Positions 54,000-64,000 of a DNA stretch of 64,000 nt are shown here, piece after piece. The notes under the pieces are model-generated. The model was not told where the DNA came from. It saw only the letters and a list, made by a program, of their open reading frames with translations, and did not search any database. Both the position numbers and the translations under genes were made by a program. Origin of the DNA: Gemmatales bacterium (GTDB lineage: Bacteria > Planctomycetota > Planctomycetia > Gemmatales > HRBIN36); assembly GCA_041640595.1 (NCBI GenBank), contig JBEPZY010000001.1, forward strand, positions 864,001 to 928,000. Direction: 5' to 3'. How positions within the stretch are numbered: position 1 is the stretch's first letter; each line of letters starts with the position of its first letter.

Positions 54000-54113
54000 T
54001 CTGACAGGACAGTTGCGCATAGGATTCGGAAGAGTCTGACCGGTGCAAGATGGTTGAAGAGGCGGTAGGCATTCTGACAAGACAGTTGCGCATAGGATTC
54101 GGAAGAGCCAGAC
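54000..54113. repeat. Intergenic direct repeat: two 41-bp copies (38/41 identical) separated by 32 bp
   Basis: TCTGACA[G/A]GACAGTTGCGCATAGGATTCGGAAGAG[TCT/CCA]GAC at 54000-54040 and 54073-54113. Confidence 0.9.
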
Positions 54114-54254
54114 TGCTCGATTTCGGGATATTAACACACAAGTCGGGCCAGTGCTTGCGCCGCCAGCCGCGTGGCCAGGGGCTTGCGATCGAACTCAATG
54201 CTTGAGACTTCGGCACATTCTCGGCAAGATACCGCACAATGTAGCAGGTCAGCG

Positions 54255-54530
54255 ATGAGCGAAGGGGAAAAAGTCGTTGTCGAGTTTCTCGGAGTGCCGC
54301 GCTTTCGCACCGGCGTGGATGAAGCGCGCGTGCCCTCCGGAACACTGCGCGAGATTCTCAAGCACCTGCAGCAACAGTTTGTCGGTTTGTCAGACCTGGT
54401 CGGTGCGGATGGGGAACTGGCTCCCTGGTTTCGCGTTGCGTTGGCAGATGGCCGATTGGTCGCGGATGGCGACACTGTAATTCCGCCGGGCAGCCGGTTA
54501 CTTCTACTTTCGGCTGATGTGGGCGGTTAG
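54255..54530 (+). CDS. MoaD/ThiS family ubiquitin-like sulfur carrier
   Basis: 91 aa, V.VEFLG..R, beta-grasp pattern, C-terminal ADVGG. Confidence 0.85.
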   Translation: MSEGEKVVVEFLGVPRFRTGVDEARVPSGTLREILKHLQQQFVGLSDLVGADGELAPWFRVALADGRLVADGDTVIPPGSRLLLLSADVGG

Positions 54531-54703
54531 GTTGAATCGCCACCCTCGCCGGTGTTAGTGCCACCCATCAATAATCACGTGGCAAACGGCCGCGAAGAGT
54601 GCTACGTGATAGCCGCATCCGCTTCCCAATCGCCAACTGCCAGCCGCCGCTGGCTACTCATATTGTTCCCGAAAAACTGCGGACTCGTTCGGCTGATGAG
54701 CAG

Positions 54704-55045
54704 CTATTGATACTCGGATCGCGGCGGGTGAAACACATCCAGAGCACGCAGCCCCTCTGAGGACGCGATAACCTCGTGTGGCACGTTGGAAGGAATGATG
54801 TAGCGGTCGCCCGCGACCAGTTCCTTCTCTGTCTCGCCGACGCGAAACAGCGCCTTCCCGGCCAGCACCAGGCCGATCTGCTCATGGGGATGGTGATGGC
54901 GTGGCACCACTGCTCCCGGACGCATCTCCACCAGCGAGCACATCAGGTTCGTACCCCACCAGGTGCTGATAAACACGCCCGGAAAAATCTCGTGGCGGGG
55001 ACACTCCTGTTCGAGAGGGAATGGGACAGAAAGCTTCCGGCTCAT
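54704..55045 (-). CDS. Cupin domain protein
   Basis: HHHPHEQ...G, IPSNVPH, DVFHPPR. Confidence 0.88.
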   Translation of the reverse strand: MSRKLSVPFPLEQECPRHEIFPGVFISTWWGTNLMCSLVEMRPGAVVPRHHHPHEQIGLVLAGKALFRVGETEKELVAGDRYIIPSNVPHEVIASSEGLRALDVFHPPRSEYQ

Positions 55046-56349
55046 GGATATTGCTGCAAGCCCCCTCCCAGGGCGTTAATGACCTCCGCCCGGTTACGAA
55101 CAATGAGCACCTTACGAACCGGGTCGTAAACAATTGTTCCTGGTCCGCCACTGCCATCAGGCTGACGCCAGCTTTCGGGGGCTACGGTGGTGGTGATGAT
55201 TTGAATGAGTTGGGCTGCCTGAAATGCCTCCTGCTGTGCCTGCAACCATTGCCCTAACGGCGTGAAGGAGAAGGCTCCAAACCAGCCATTTGCTCCTACC
55301 AAATCGCCGATCGGGTAGTACCGGGTAACCAATTGCTGAGCGGCCTTTGCCGGAGTCATCACCTGAATTACTTCGTTCTTGACCACGTATTCCAGGCCGA
55401 CTCGCGATAGCACTGTCCGAAGCACTGTGCGTTTGGTCACGCCCTTTGGCAACCGGACACTGATGGGCGTGTTCTTATCCACGTTGGCTTCTTTCAACTC
55501 GTTCTCGTCCACCACGATAGGCTGACCCAGCAACTTTTCCAGCTGGTCCAGAACTTTCTCGAAAGAGACGCCATCCCAGTTAATCGGCTCGGTAATGGTT
55601 TCGCTGAGCGAGCGGAGGATCGCTTTTTCCTTCTCGGTAAAAGGCACCATGCCGTTCCGGTATTTTTCCGCCCGTTTATTGATGCGTGCCCATTGTTCGG
55701 CCGGTGGGTAAGTGATGTCGCCGGTAATCGGTGTCGCTGAGGCAATCAGGTCGCGCATCACTTTGGCCGCTGCTTCCTCGCGCTGACGCTGGATGTCACG
55801 GACTTCCCGCAGTTCGACCGCCATCCCCGTCTGGCGTCGCAGCACTGTCGCTACTCGCTGAAGCTCGGGATCGTTGGGATAACGCTTTTCCAGGTCGGCC
55901 AGCAGCTTTTGCGCAGCCGAATACTCGCGCAACTCTACCAGTCGGCGGATAGTGCTTAGTTCCTGCTTAACATCCGTGCGTGGCTCGGCAACATTTGCAG
56001 CGGGCGGTGCATGTGGTTTAGCCGGTGCCTGAGCGGCGTGATTCTCCAGCTCGCGTAACCGCTGAGCCACCAGCCCCCGCAATTCTGTTCGCCGACCCGG
56101 TGGCAATGCCCGGTCCTGCTCGAGCATTCGCCGGGCCGCTTGCAATAGTTCTATTGCCCGTGCTGGATCGTTGTGGCGCAACCTCTGAGCCTCGGCCAGG
56201 AAAGCTTGAATGTCGGCTTCGACACGCTGGGCTTCGATTTGCTGACGCTTGTAAAAGTCATCCGCCAGGCCGCCGGGCTTGTTCTGACCCAACGCCGGTC
56301 CGGCAAATGCGACGATCCCCGCCAGCACAACCGCGATCCGCTGCAACAT
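55042..56349 (-). CDS. Secreted hypothetical protein with secretin-N-like domains
   Basis: AAAGGAG RBS, signal peptide, helical region, then 'TRYYPIGDLV...LIQIITTTVAPESW...GGPGTI'. Confidence 0.6.
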   Translation of the reverse strand: MLQRIAVVLAGIVAFAGPALGQNKPGGLADDFYKRQQIEAQRVEADIQAFLAEAQRLRHNDPARAIELLQAARRMLEQDRALPPGRRTELRGLVAQRLRELENHAAQAPAKPHAPPAANVAEPRTDVKQELSTIRRLVELREYSAAQKLLADLEKRYPNDPELQRVATVLRRQTGMAVELREVRDIQRQREEAAAKVMRDLIASATPITGDITYPPAEQWARINKRAEKYRNGMVPFTEKEKAILRSLSETITEPINWDGVSFEKVLDQLEKLLGQPIVVDENELKEANVDKNTPISVRLPKGVTKRTVLRTVLSRVGLEYVVKNEVIQVMTPAKAAQQLVTRYYPIGDLVGANGWFGAFSFTPLGQWLQAQQEAFQAAQLIQIITTTVAPESWRQPDGSGGPGTIVYDPVRKVLIVRNRAEVINALGGGLQQYP

Positions 56350-56541
56350 GGCTCGCTCCTTTCGTGTCCCCCGGTGCTTTGGGAATTTGCCAGGCTTTTG
56401 CCCTTTATGCTACCCTGGAGTTAACATAGTCCCTGAGAAGCCTTGCGCCAACCTAAAAATTTTCGGCTATCACTGGACGCCGTGGCGTTTCCCTCACTGT
56501 TCCACCCAGTATTGCGTTCCTTGCAGCCGACAAGCTCTGGC

Positions 56542-57240
56542 CTAATCGTCACGGTTCGAGCCGCCCAATAATCCGGCGCGGAACAGGAAGTACAAAATGA
56601 CCAGCAAGGTGCTGACAACGGCAGCGACGTATGTCCATGCTGCCGCGTTCAAAACCCGGTCCACGCCTTCGCGTTCTTCCGGAGCAATGATTCCACTCTC
56701 CAGCAACAGCCGCTTCGCACGGGCGCTGGCGTCAAACTCCACCGGCAGGGTCACCAGCTGGAACAGCAACACCGCAGAGAAAATTCCCACCCCGACCAGC
56801 ACGACGAACGGGTGAATGAACAGCCCAATAGCCATCACCAGGTAACCGATAGTCGAACCGATATGCGCCGTCGGTACCAGAGCCGAGCGAATCCACAATG
56901 GGGCATAGTGGGTGGCGTGCTGCAAAGCGTGCCCGGCTTCGTGTGCCGCTACGCCAACGGCCGCTACGGACCGGCTGTGATACGTTTGCGGCGACAGAGC
57001 CAGCCGTTTGTGTATCGGGTCGTAATGGTCGCTGAGGAAACCCTCCGTTAGCGTAACCTCAACGTCGTGGATGCCGGCTTGTTCGAGGATAAATTCGGCA
57101 GCTTCCGCGCCCGACAGACCACTGGAAGTCGGGACGCGGCTGTAATAATCGAAGTTCGCCTTCACCCGCCAGCTTGCCCACAGAGAAAGCAACAAGCCCG
57201 GCAGGATGAAGAGCAAATAAATCGGGTCAAAGTAGAACAT
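56542..57240 (-). CDS. Membrane zinc metallopeptidase, YugP family
   Basis: LSDHYDP, VAAHEAGHALQH, VTLPVEFDASARA, VLNAAAWTYVAA; AAGGAG RBS. Confidence 0.92.
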   Translation of the reverse strand: MFYFDPIYLLFILPGLLLSLWASWRVKANFDYYSRVPTSSGLSGAEAAEFILEQAGIHDVEVTLTEGFLSDHYDPIHKRLALSPQTYHSRSVAAVGVAAHEAGHALQHATHYAPLWIRSALVPTAHIGSTIGYLVMAIGLFIHPFVVLVGVGIFSAVLLFQLVTLPVEFDASARAKRLLLESGIIAPEEREGVDRVLNAAAWTYVAAVVSTLLVILYFLFRAGLLGGSNRDD

Positions 57241-57827
57241 GGCTCGTTCTCCTTCCCAGTGATCTGGTCGGGGTAATAGACGGCAATCAGGCAATTGGCA
57301 AGTCGCCAGGCGCCCTATGAAGTCGCTTCAATCCGGCGGCCAGCGAAAGCCTTGTTTCCTTGTATGGCCAATCGCGGCTTGCGGTAAGCAGTTCGCCAAT
57401 CTTTACCAGCAGGAGCCAATGCTCGCGGTCGGTCGCGGAAGCCGCGACGCTTCCAGCCTTCACCATCCATCTGCCTCTCACGTTCGCTTCTCGCGCAGTC
57501 GCGGAAGCAGGGTCGCGCTAAGCCCTTTCCATTGTACGCTGCGTGTTACGCTAATCTGGCAAACCGCTCCAGACTTGTCCGATACAATAGGCGATAGCCA
57601 CAGACTTCTGTGCAGGATAGTCGCCAGCAACCTTATCTGGCGAAGCTTATAGTAGACCGCATCCGACCGCATCCAACTGGAAATTCGGCGATAATGCTAT
57701 TCGGTCCAGGGGCCATGGTCGGAACAGCCAAATCACTGCCAGCAGGGCCAAAAAGAGGGCTATGATAGCCCTCCCTCTCGGCGCGCTATGGGACGAATAA
57801 TCAAATCATTGCCAGCAGGAGTCAGGT

Positions 57828-58118
57828 ATGCCGTCCAGCGATCCCCGCGATGTCGTGCGTCTGGTTGCCGTTGAAGATACCCAGGAAGCCTTTGCGATCA
57901 AGGCGGCTCTGGAAAGTGAAGGAATCGAATGCCAGGTGGTCGGAGATTATCTCGATGCCAGTCTGGGAACGCTGAAAGTAATCCCGGCCGAAGTATGGGT
58001 ACATCGGCGAGACCTCGAACGTGCCCAGCAGCTCCTGGAAGAATTACGCCGCCAGCAGATGGAGAACACGGGCGACGCACAGGAAAGCAGCAACGCAACC
58101 GACGAGGAGCAGGAGTGA
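57828..58118 (+). CDS. DUF2007-like small protein
   Basis: EAFAIKAALESEGIEC.V...EVWV...DLERA; AGGAG RBS. Confidence 0.8.
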   Translation: MPSSDPRDVVRLVAVEDTQEAFAIKAALESEGIECQVVGDYLDASLGTLKVIPAEVWVHRRDLERAQQLLEELRRQQMENTGDAQESSNATDEEQE

Positions 58119-59263
58119 ATTGGCAGCTACCTGAGTTGTTAGCCGAGTTAGTACGGCGACCGAGCCAGAATCCCATGGGGTTGCCGCTGAGCGGACCGGG
58201 TTTTGGCGAGGCGGCGGTGACGGATTTTCTGGAAGCGTTATTTCGGGAATGGAATTTGCGCTATCTCCGCCAGCCGGTTCTGCCGGGTCGGGAAAATATC
58301 ATCGCGTTCTGTCCGGGCCGAGAAGGTGCCCCTGTGTTTTTATGGGAAGCGCATCAGGACACGGTGCCCGCCGGCGATATGGTGGAGGCTTTTCGGCCCC
58401 GGATCGAGAACGGTCGGCTTTACGGTCGCGGTGCCTGCGATGTCAAAGGTGCGCTAGCGGCGATGCTCGCGGCTCTGCGCCGGCTCATGGCTGAGCCGAA
58501 GGAACGCCGATACGGGATCGTCCTGGCGTGTGTCGTGGATGAGGAGTACACCTTTCGGGGCGTTCGGGAACTGGTGAAACTACCGCTGGAGGTGCACGGA
58601 GCCATTGTCGCGGAACCGACACGGCTGCAAATTATCGTGGCCCACAAAAGAATCGTGCGCTGGCGCATCCATACTCAAGGACGCAGCTGCCACAGTTCCC
58701 AGCCTGAACTTGGCGTCAACGCTATTTACCGCATGGCTGGTGTGGTGCAGGCTGTGGAGCAGTACGCAGAATGGTTGCGCAGTTACCGACGCGACCCCTG
58801 TCTGGGGCCAGCTACTCTGAGCGTAGGACGAATTGAAGGCGGCATCAGCGCGAATATCGTGCCGGAGCGTTGCACCATTGACCTCGACCGCCGCGTCTTG
58901 CCCGGTGAAGAACTCGACCAGGTACCGAAAGAATTGGCCGATTTCCTGGGCCGAACCATTGGCCCGAACGGTTGGCATCAGGAAGAACCCTGGATGGCTT
59001 TGCCGCCGCTGTCACCCGAAGGCAAGGAAGCGCTGGTGGCGCGACTGCGGGAAGCCGTTTATGAGGTTCGGGGCCGGGCTGACATCGGTACCGTCGCTTA
59101 CGGAACCGATGCTTCGACGCTGCAAGAGGCAGGTATCCCCTGTGTGGTTTTCGGCCCGGGCGACATTGCCCAGGCCCACACGGCTGAAGAGTGGATCGCT
59201 CTGGACGAATTGGAACAGGCCGCTGAAATTCTTTATCGCTTCGGAATCTGGCGGAGTGGCTAA
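58115..59263 (+). CDS. M20 family metallopeptidase / ArgE-like deacylase
   Basis: AHQDTV, GRGACDVKG, DEE, EPT, HSS.P..GVNAI, AHT..E; GTG start overlaps the upstream stop (GTGA). Confidence 0.9.
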   Translation: MNWQLPELLAELVRRPSQNPMGLPLSGPGFGEAAVTDFLEALFREWNLRYLRQPVLPGRENIIAFCPGREGAPVFLWEAHQDTVPAGDMVEAFRPRIENGRLYGRGACDVKGALAAMLAALRRLMAEPKERRYGIVLACVVDEEYTFRGVRELVKLPLEVHGAIVAEPTRLQIIVAHKRIVRWRIHTQGRSCHSSQPELGVNAIYRMAGVVQAVEQYAEWLRSYRRDPCLGPATLSVGRIEGGISANIVPERCTIDLDRRVLPGEELDQVPKELADFLGRTIGPNGWHQEEPWMALPPLSPEGKEALVARLREAVYEVRGRADIGTVAYGTDASTLQEAGIPCVVFGPGDIAQAHTAEEWIALDELEQAAEILYRFGIWRSG

Positions 59264-60255
59264 TGCGTGCACTGGTATTTGACCGCTTCGGCGAGCCGGC
59301 AGAAGTGTTGCAACTGCGCGACCTCCCCGTCCCGAGACCGGCCCCCGGTCAGGTTCGCGTGCGCATGATCGCCAGCCCGATCAATCCGTCGGATTTGCTG
59401 TTGATTCGCGGGACTTACGGTCGTCGCGCTGAGCCACCCGCTGTGCCGGGATTTGAAGGCGTGGGCATTGTGGAAGAAAGCGGCGGCGGTTTGCTGGGCT
59501 GGCGGGTGTTAGGACGTCGCGTCGCTGTGCTGAACGGTCGTGGCGGCAACTGGCAGGAACAAGTCGTTGTCCCTGCACGACAAGCGGTACCAGTCCCCGA
59601 TGATTTGCCCGACGAACAGGTAGCCTCTTTCTTCGTGAACCCGGCGACGGCACTGGTTATGGTAACCCACGTCCTTCGGGTGCCTAAAGGCGAATGGCTG
59701 TTGCAGACGGCAGCCAATTCCGCGCTCGGAAAAATGGTGATTCGCCTCGGCCAGGCCCTGGGTTTTCACACCGTGAATGTCGTGCGGCGAGAAGCAGCAC
59801 GCCAGGAGCTTGCTTCCCTGCAGCCCGATGCTGTTTTGGTCTGGCAGCAGGACGATGATTTGAGCCAACTCCTGCGTGATCAGTTGCCGCACGTTTCGCT
59901 GCGCTATGCTCTGGATTGCGTGGGCGGCAAACTCGGTTCGCAGGTGATTTCCTGCCTCGGCCCGAGAGGACATTTGCTCGTTTATGGCACTTTGTCCGGG
60001 GAGCCGTTAGTCTTTAGCCCCCGCGACCTGATGGTCAATTCCCGCAAAATCGAGGGTTTCTGGCTGTCGGAATGGGTGCAGCGGCAAAGCGCCTGGACGA
60101 TGCTGCGACTGTTTCGACAAATCATTCGGTTGATGCGGCGTGGTGTGCTGACCACCGAGGTTGCAGCGCAATACCCGATCGAGCAGTATCAGGAGGCTCT
60201 AAAGCACGCTCAGGCTTCCGGACGTTCGGGAAAAGTGCTGCTTCGTTTCGGGTAA
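59263..60255 (+). CDS. MDR superfamily NAD(P)H oxidoreductase (2-enoyl-thioester reductase-like, zinc-independent)
   Basis: PINPSDL, PGFEGVG, VNPATA, AANSALG, GKVLL; TAATG coupling to the upstream gene. Confidence 0.88.
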   Translation: MRALVFDRFGEPAEVLQLRDLPVPRPAPGQVRVRMIASPINPSDLLLIRGTYGRRAEPPAVPGFEGVGIVEESGGGLLGWRVLGRRVAVLNGRGGNWQEQVVVPARQAVPVPDDLPDEQVASFFVNPATALVMVTHVLRVPKGEWLLQTAANSALGKMVIRLGQALGFHTVNVVRREAARQELASLQPDAVLVWQQDDDLSQLLRDQLPHVSLRYALDCVGGKLGSQVISCLGPRGHLLVYGTLSGEPLVFSPRDLMVNSRKIEGFWLSEWVQRQSAWTMLRLFRQIIRLMRRGVLTTEVAAQYPIEQYQEALKHAQASGRSGKVLLRFG

Positions 60256-60260
60256 CACTC

Positions 60261-60983
60261 ATGCCGGAACGCATGCCAACCACCCGCGGGTCAAGGCGAT
60301 GGATCCTGGGAGGCCTGTTTGTGCTCCTGGGACTGGTGTCGTTGATTATCAGCGCGCTATTTGTGGACTGGCGAAACTGGATTTCGGTATTTCGGTCGCA
60401 AGCCGAGGACTGGCGCAATTACGTAGCCGAGCGCTGGTGGGTAAGCAGCGCCGCGTATTTCGGCGTGTATGTGCTGTTTGCAGGACTGGCCCTGCCGGGA
60501 GCGATGGTACTGACCCTGGTTGGCGGCGCTCTGTTCGGATGGCTATGGGGCGTGGTGCTGGTGAGTTTCGCTTCCACGGCAGGGGCAACACTGGCCATGC
60601 TCCTGAGCCGCTGGCTGCTCCGCGATTGGGTGCGACAGCGTTACGGCCACTATTTGCCCACTTTGCAGGCGGAGTTGCATCGCGCTGGGGGCTGGTATTT
60701 ACTGAGCCTGCGCCTGAATCCGGTAGTCCCGTTCTTCATGATAAACGTGGCGTTTGGTTTGACAGATATTCCGGTGTGGCGATTCTGGTTGCTGAGTCAA
60801 CTGGGAATGCTACCGGCGACGGTGCTGTATGTATGGGCCGGCACCGAATTGGAAACCGCGATTGTAACCGGCCAAATCGTCCCTGCCCGCATTATCCTGG
60901 CGCTGCTGGTAATCAGTTTCTTGCCAATTTTGGGGCGCTGGCTGGCGACACGCTGGCTGACAACCCCGCGCACGACAAATTAG
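60261..60983 (+). CDS. TVP38/TMEM64 (VTT/DedA) family membrane protein
   Basis: LPGA.VLTLVGGALFG, ST.GAT, LRLNPVVPFFMIN, SQLGMLP. Confidence 0.9.
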   Translation: MPERMPTTRGSRRWILGGLFVLLGLVSLIISALFVDWRNWISVFRSQAEDWRNYVAERWWVSSAAYFGVYVLFAGLALPGAMVLTLVGGALFGWLWGVVLVSFASTAGATLAMLLSRWLLRDWVRQRYGHYLPTLQAELHRAGGWYLLSLRLNPVVPFFMINVAFGLTDIPVWRFWLLSQLGMLPATVLYVWAGTELETAIVTGQIVPARIILALLVISFLPILGRWLATRWLTTPRTTN

Positions 60984-61061
60984 TTCGTATGATATGTGCG
61001 TGCGCGCGGGTAGCAGCACGACCATAGTTACCCCGATGAATTGGCAACCGGAGAAGATGAC

Positions 61062-62300
61062 ATGGAGATTCTGCGACAACAAGACCCAGCGGTCTGGGAA
61101 GCGATTGAGGGCGAGCGCCGCCGTCAGCAGGAAGGTCTGGAAATGATTGCCTCCGAAAATTACACCAGTCCGGCAGTGCTGGCGGCTCAGGGTTCGGTGC
61201 TGACCAACAAGTATGCCGAAGGGTACCCGGGGCGGCGTTATTACGGTGGCTGTGAATTTGTGGATCAGGTAGAGCGGCTGGCGATCGAGCGCGCCAAGCA
61301 GTTGTTTGGAGCCGAATTCGCCAACGTCCAACCCCATTCCGGTGCTCAGGCGAACATGGCGGTTTATTTCGCCTGTCTGCAGCCCGGCGACACGATTCTG
61401 GCGATGGATCTGGCTCACGGCGGACATCTGACTCACGGCATGCGCTTGAATTTCTCGGGCAAACTGTATCGTGTGGTCGGCTATACCGTACATCCGGAGA
61501 CGGAGCGAATTGACTTTGACCAGGTAGCGCGGCTGGCACGGGAACATCGCCCCAAGTTGATCGTCGCTGGTGCCAGTGCTTATCCGCGACAAATAGATTT
61601 CGGACGTTTCGCAGAAATTGCGCGACAAGTTGGGGCATTGCTGATGGTGGATATGGCGCATATTGCCGGTCTGGTGGCAGCCCGATTACATCCCGATCCG
61701 GTGCCGGTGGCCGATTTCGTTACCTCAACGACCCACAAAACTTTGCGCGGGCCCCGCAGCGGTTTCATTCTTGGCAAGGAAGAATGGGGCCAGAAGATTA
61801 ACCAGGCGGTTTTTCCTGGCATTCAGGGCGGACCTCTGATGCATGTGATCGCAGCAAAAGCAGTGGCGTTCGGCGAGGCCCTGCGACCGGAATTTCGCCA
61901 GTATGCCCGCCAGATTATCCTCAATGCCCAAACGCTGGCCGAGGAACTGCTTCGCGCGGGTTTTCGGCTTGTTACTGGTGGAACCGATAATCATCTCATC
62001 CTGGTGGATGTGACGCCGCGCGGATTGACCGGTAAACTGGCCGAGAAAGCTCTCGAACGGGCCGGAATCACCGTCAACAAGAACCTTATACCGTTCGACA
62101 AACGGCCCCCGTTGGATCCGTCGGGCCTGCGCATTGGCACCCCGGCGTTGACCACTCGCGGCATGAAAGAGGCGGAGATGCGGCAAATCGCGCGCTGGAT
62201 TGATGAAGTGCTGCGTGAACCGGACAACGAGACCGTGTTGTCGCGGGTGCGCGAACAAGTGCGTGAATTGTGCCGGCAGTTCCCCGCTCCCAGCAACTAG
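61062..62300 (+). CDS. glyA: Serine hydroxymethyltransferase
   Basis: [37 protein letters not shown] (PLP lysine), QGGPLMH, GLRIGTP. Confidence 0.97.
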   Translation: MEILRQQDPAVWEAIEGERRRQQEGLEMIASENYTSPAVLAAQGSVLTNKYAEGYPGRRYYGGCEFVDQVERLAIERAKQLFGAEFANVQPHSGAQANMAVYFACLQPGDTILAMDLAHGGHLTHGMRLNFSGKLYRVVGYTVHPETERIDFDQVARLAREHRPKLIVAGASAYPRQIDFGRFAEIARQVGALLMVDMAHIAGLVAARLHPDPVPVADFVTSTTHKTLRGPRSGFILGKEEWGQKINQAVFPGIQGGPLMHVIAAKAVAFGEALRPEFRQYARQIILNAQTLAEELLRAGFRLVTGGTDNHLILVDVTPRGLTGKLAEKALERAGITVNKNLIPFDKRPPLDPSGLRIGTPALTTRGMKEAEMRQIARWIDEVLREPDNETVLSRVREQVRELCRQFPAPSN

Positions 62301-62650
62301 GGGCACGCTCTCGTCGTAATGCCCGCAACATGCTGAGCCGCTCCGCTCGGATCACCAGTGACTGGCCGCCGGTGGATCACCGACTCCCGGTCTGAAAGAG
62401 CGTTCCCAAACGCATTGGCTGAATCCTTCGCCAAGTGTTACCAGCAAGCCAGCAGTATCGTCTCAGGCCGGCAGACTTCCGCTTGACCGGCATCGGCGTT
62501 AGCGGTATGGACGACCAAAATGGGGCGACTCGCCAAGAACTTAAACCGCATCAGATGTCCTCACAACCGGGCGGCTTTCGGATGGGTCAGCCGTAGAGAA
62601 CCTATTGGGTATCAGATGTCCCGAAGAGAAGTTCTACGGAGGCAGGAATT

Positions 62651-63106
62651 ATGTCGCGAAGTTGCTGGGCGATCTGGGCGGCAACGGTGATGATATGCAC
62701 AGCCGTCTCTTCAGGGTGTTTGGCCGTCGTTGCCGGTGGCACTGCGGGGCTTGTTGGCGCTGCAGCTTATGAGTACTGGAAAGGCGCGGTGCGAGAAACG
62801 ATCCCTGCCAGCAGCGATAGTGTCTGGCAAGCGGCTCACGCTGCCCTGGCCGACCTCGGTTTGCCTGTCCTTTACTCCGGCAACGAGGGCACGAAACTTA
62901 TCCTCGAAAGTCGCTCGCCAAAAGATGAGGACATCAAGGTTGAAATTGAGCCGGAAAAATCGAGCGTACCGCAAGCTCCACCGAGAACCCAGGTGTCTAT
63001 CCGCGTGGGCACCTGGGGAGATGAGTACCTGAGTCGCCGCATCCTGGAACAGATTTACGTGCGGCTGGGACACGGCGATCCTCTGATTCAGGCCGCCGGG
63101 CGTTGA
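62651..63106 (+). CDS. DUF3568-like lipoprotein
   Basis: Lipobox SSGC followed by a Gly/Ala-rich segment, AL.DLGL, T.VSIRVG.WGDE..SR.ILEQI. Confidence 0.7.
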   Translation: MSRSCWAIWAATVMICTAVSSGCLAVVAGGTAGLVGAAAYEYWKGAVRETIPASSDSVWQAAHAALADLGLPVLYSGNEGTKLILESRSPKDEDIKVEIEPEKSSVPQAPPRTQVSIRVGTWGDEYLSRRILEQIYVRLGHGDPLIQAAGR

Positions 63107-63656
63107 TGACGGGAAGTAAATCGCAACCAGGCTATTGCCGGATCACCAAAATGCTTATACGCTATAGCAGTGGTGTGGCAGTGCGTGGTGCAGTGGATAA
63201 ACGAACCAACAACTAGCCCGCAAATGCTGAGCTGAATGTTACTGCGCGAACTGCCACGATACTTTTCAAAGCACCAGGCGGTCGGTAACTGAAACGCCCA
63301 TTGTCTGAATCCGATGGCCATACGCTTCTGGTCGCCTGGTTTTCGAACGCAAGTCGGCCCATGCCGGCGCAAGGTAGCAAGCATCGCTTAGCCCTTTCGC
63401 AATCAACCTTCCACTGGTGATTCATCGCGCGGGTTCTGTGCGACGTGGATACCTTCAGCGTCGTTGGAACCGGATGCTATATCTGGTGACTGGAACCCGC
63501 CGAGGCTCCTGGCAGTGTTAGTAACCCACTGCGTGACCTTTCCCAAAAGAGCAAACACTCGGATTGTGGCGATTTCCCGCGATACTGCATCGTAGATCGC
63601 GACACTCTCATTTGCACCTTTGAGCCAATTTCTCTGCCTTTTGCGAGACGTCCGCC

Positions 63657-64000
63657 ATGAAGACTTCCGGCAAGAAAACTCGTAGCAGCACGGCTACCGT
63701 AGAAACATCCGGTCGCGCGGATAACGCGCCCGTTGAACAGGTCCAGGTTCAACCGAATCTCGCGCCGGGAGAAACCGCCCCGCAGCAAACCGACATCGGC
63801 ATTTTGCAGCGCATGCCGGTGCAGCAGCTGATCAAGGTAGCCCGTGCCGAAGGTGTTACCCAAACCGCCGGCATGACGCGACAGCAGCTCGTTGTGGAAA
63901 TCGTTCGCCGACGGAGTGAACGCGGACATACCATTTACGGCACCGGTACGCTGGAGGTGCTACCAGAACGGTTTGGCTTTTTGCGTCTGCCGGAGCGCAA
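63657..64000 (+). CDS. rho: Transcription termination factor Rho, 5' part; runs off the window edge
   Basis: Not in the ORF track. Manual translation gives MKTSGK...LQRMPVQQLIKVARAEGV...MTRQQLVVEI...GTGTLEVLPERFGFLR, i.e. the Rho N-domain and start of the RNA-binding domain. Confidence 0.85.
   Translation, partial: MKTSGKKTRSSTATVETSGRADNAPVEQVQVQPNLAPGETAPQQTDIGILQRMPVQQLIKVARAEGVTQTAGMTRQQLVVEIVRRRSERGHTIYGTGTLEVLPERFGFLRLPER

Overview
64 kb of bacterial chromosome, most likely from a planctomycete (inferred from the PQQ beta-propeller, DUF362, secretin-N-like and DUF4175-like proteins). It is densely coding and mostly housekeeping or metabolic: trpG (partial), hppA, trpE, ribBA, dnaE, metK, ahcY, manC, ruvX, tRNA-Leu(TAG), glyA and rho (partial). 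No mobile element, cas gene or integrase was recognised. Two things stand out. (1) A ~1225-codon DUF4175-like membrane-anchored gene (50216->46539, minus) is broken by a single in-frame TGA. The TGA reads U-D-G-C (UxxC) and is followed by a hairpin fitting the bacterial SECIS model, making this a candidate unrecognised selenoprotein with 105-bp tandem repeats. (2) A three-gene unit encodes a P1B-type metal ATPase fused to an HflK-like SPFH domain, followed by separate HflC- and HflK-like genes with no FtsH, suggesting an SPFH cage built around a metal pump. All family assignments are by eye from motifs; no searches were run.
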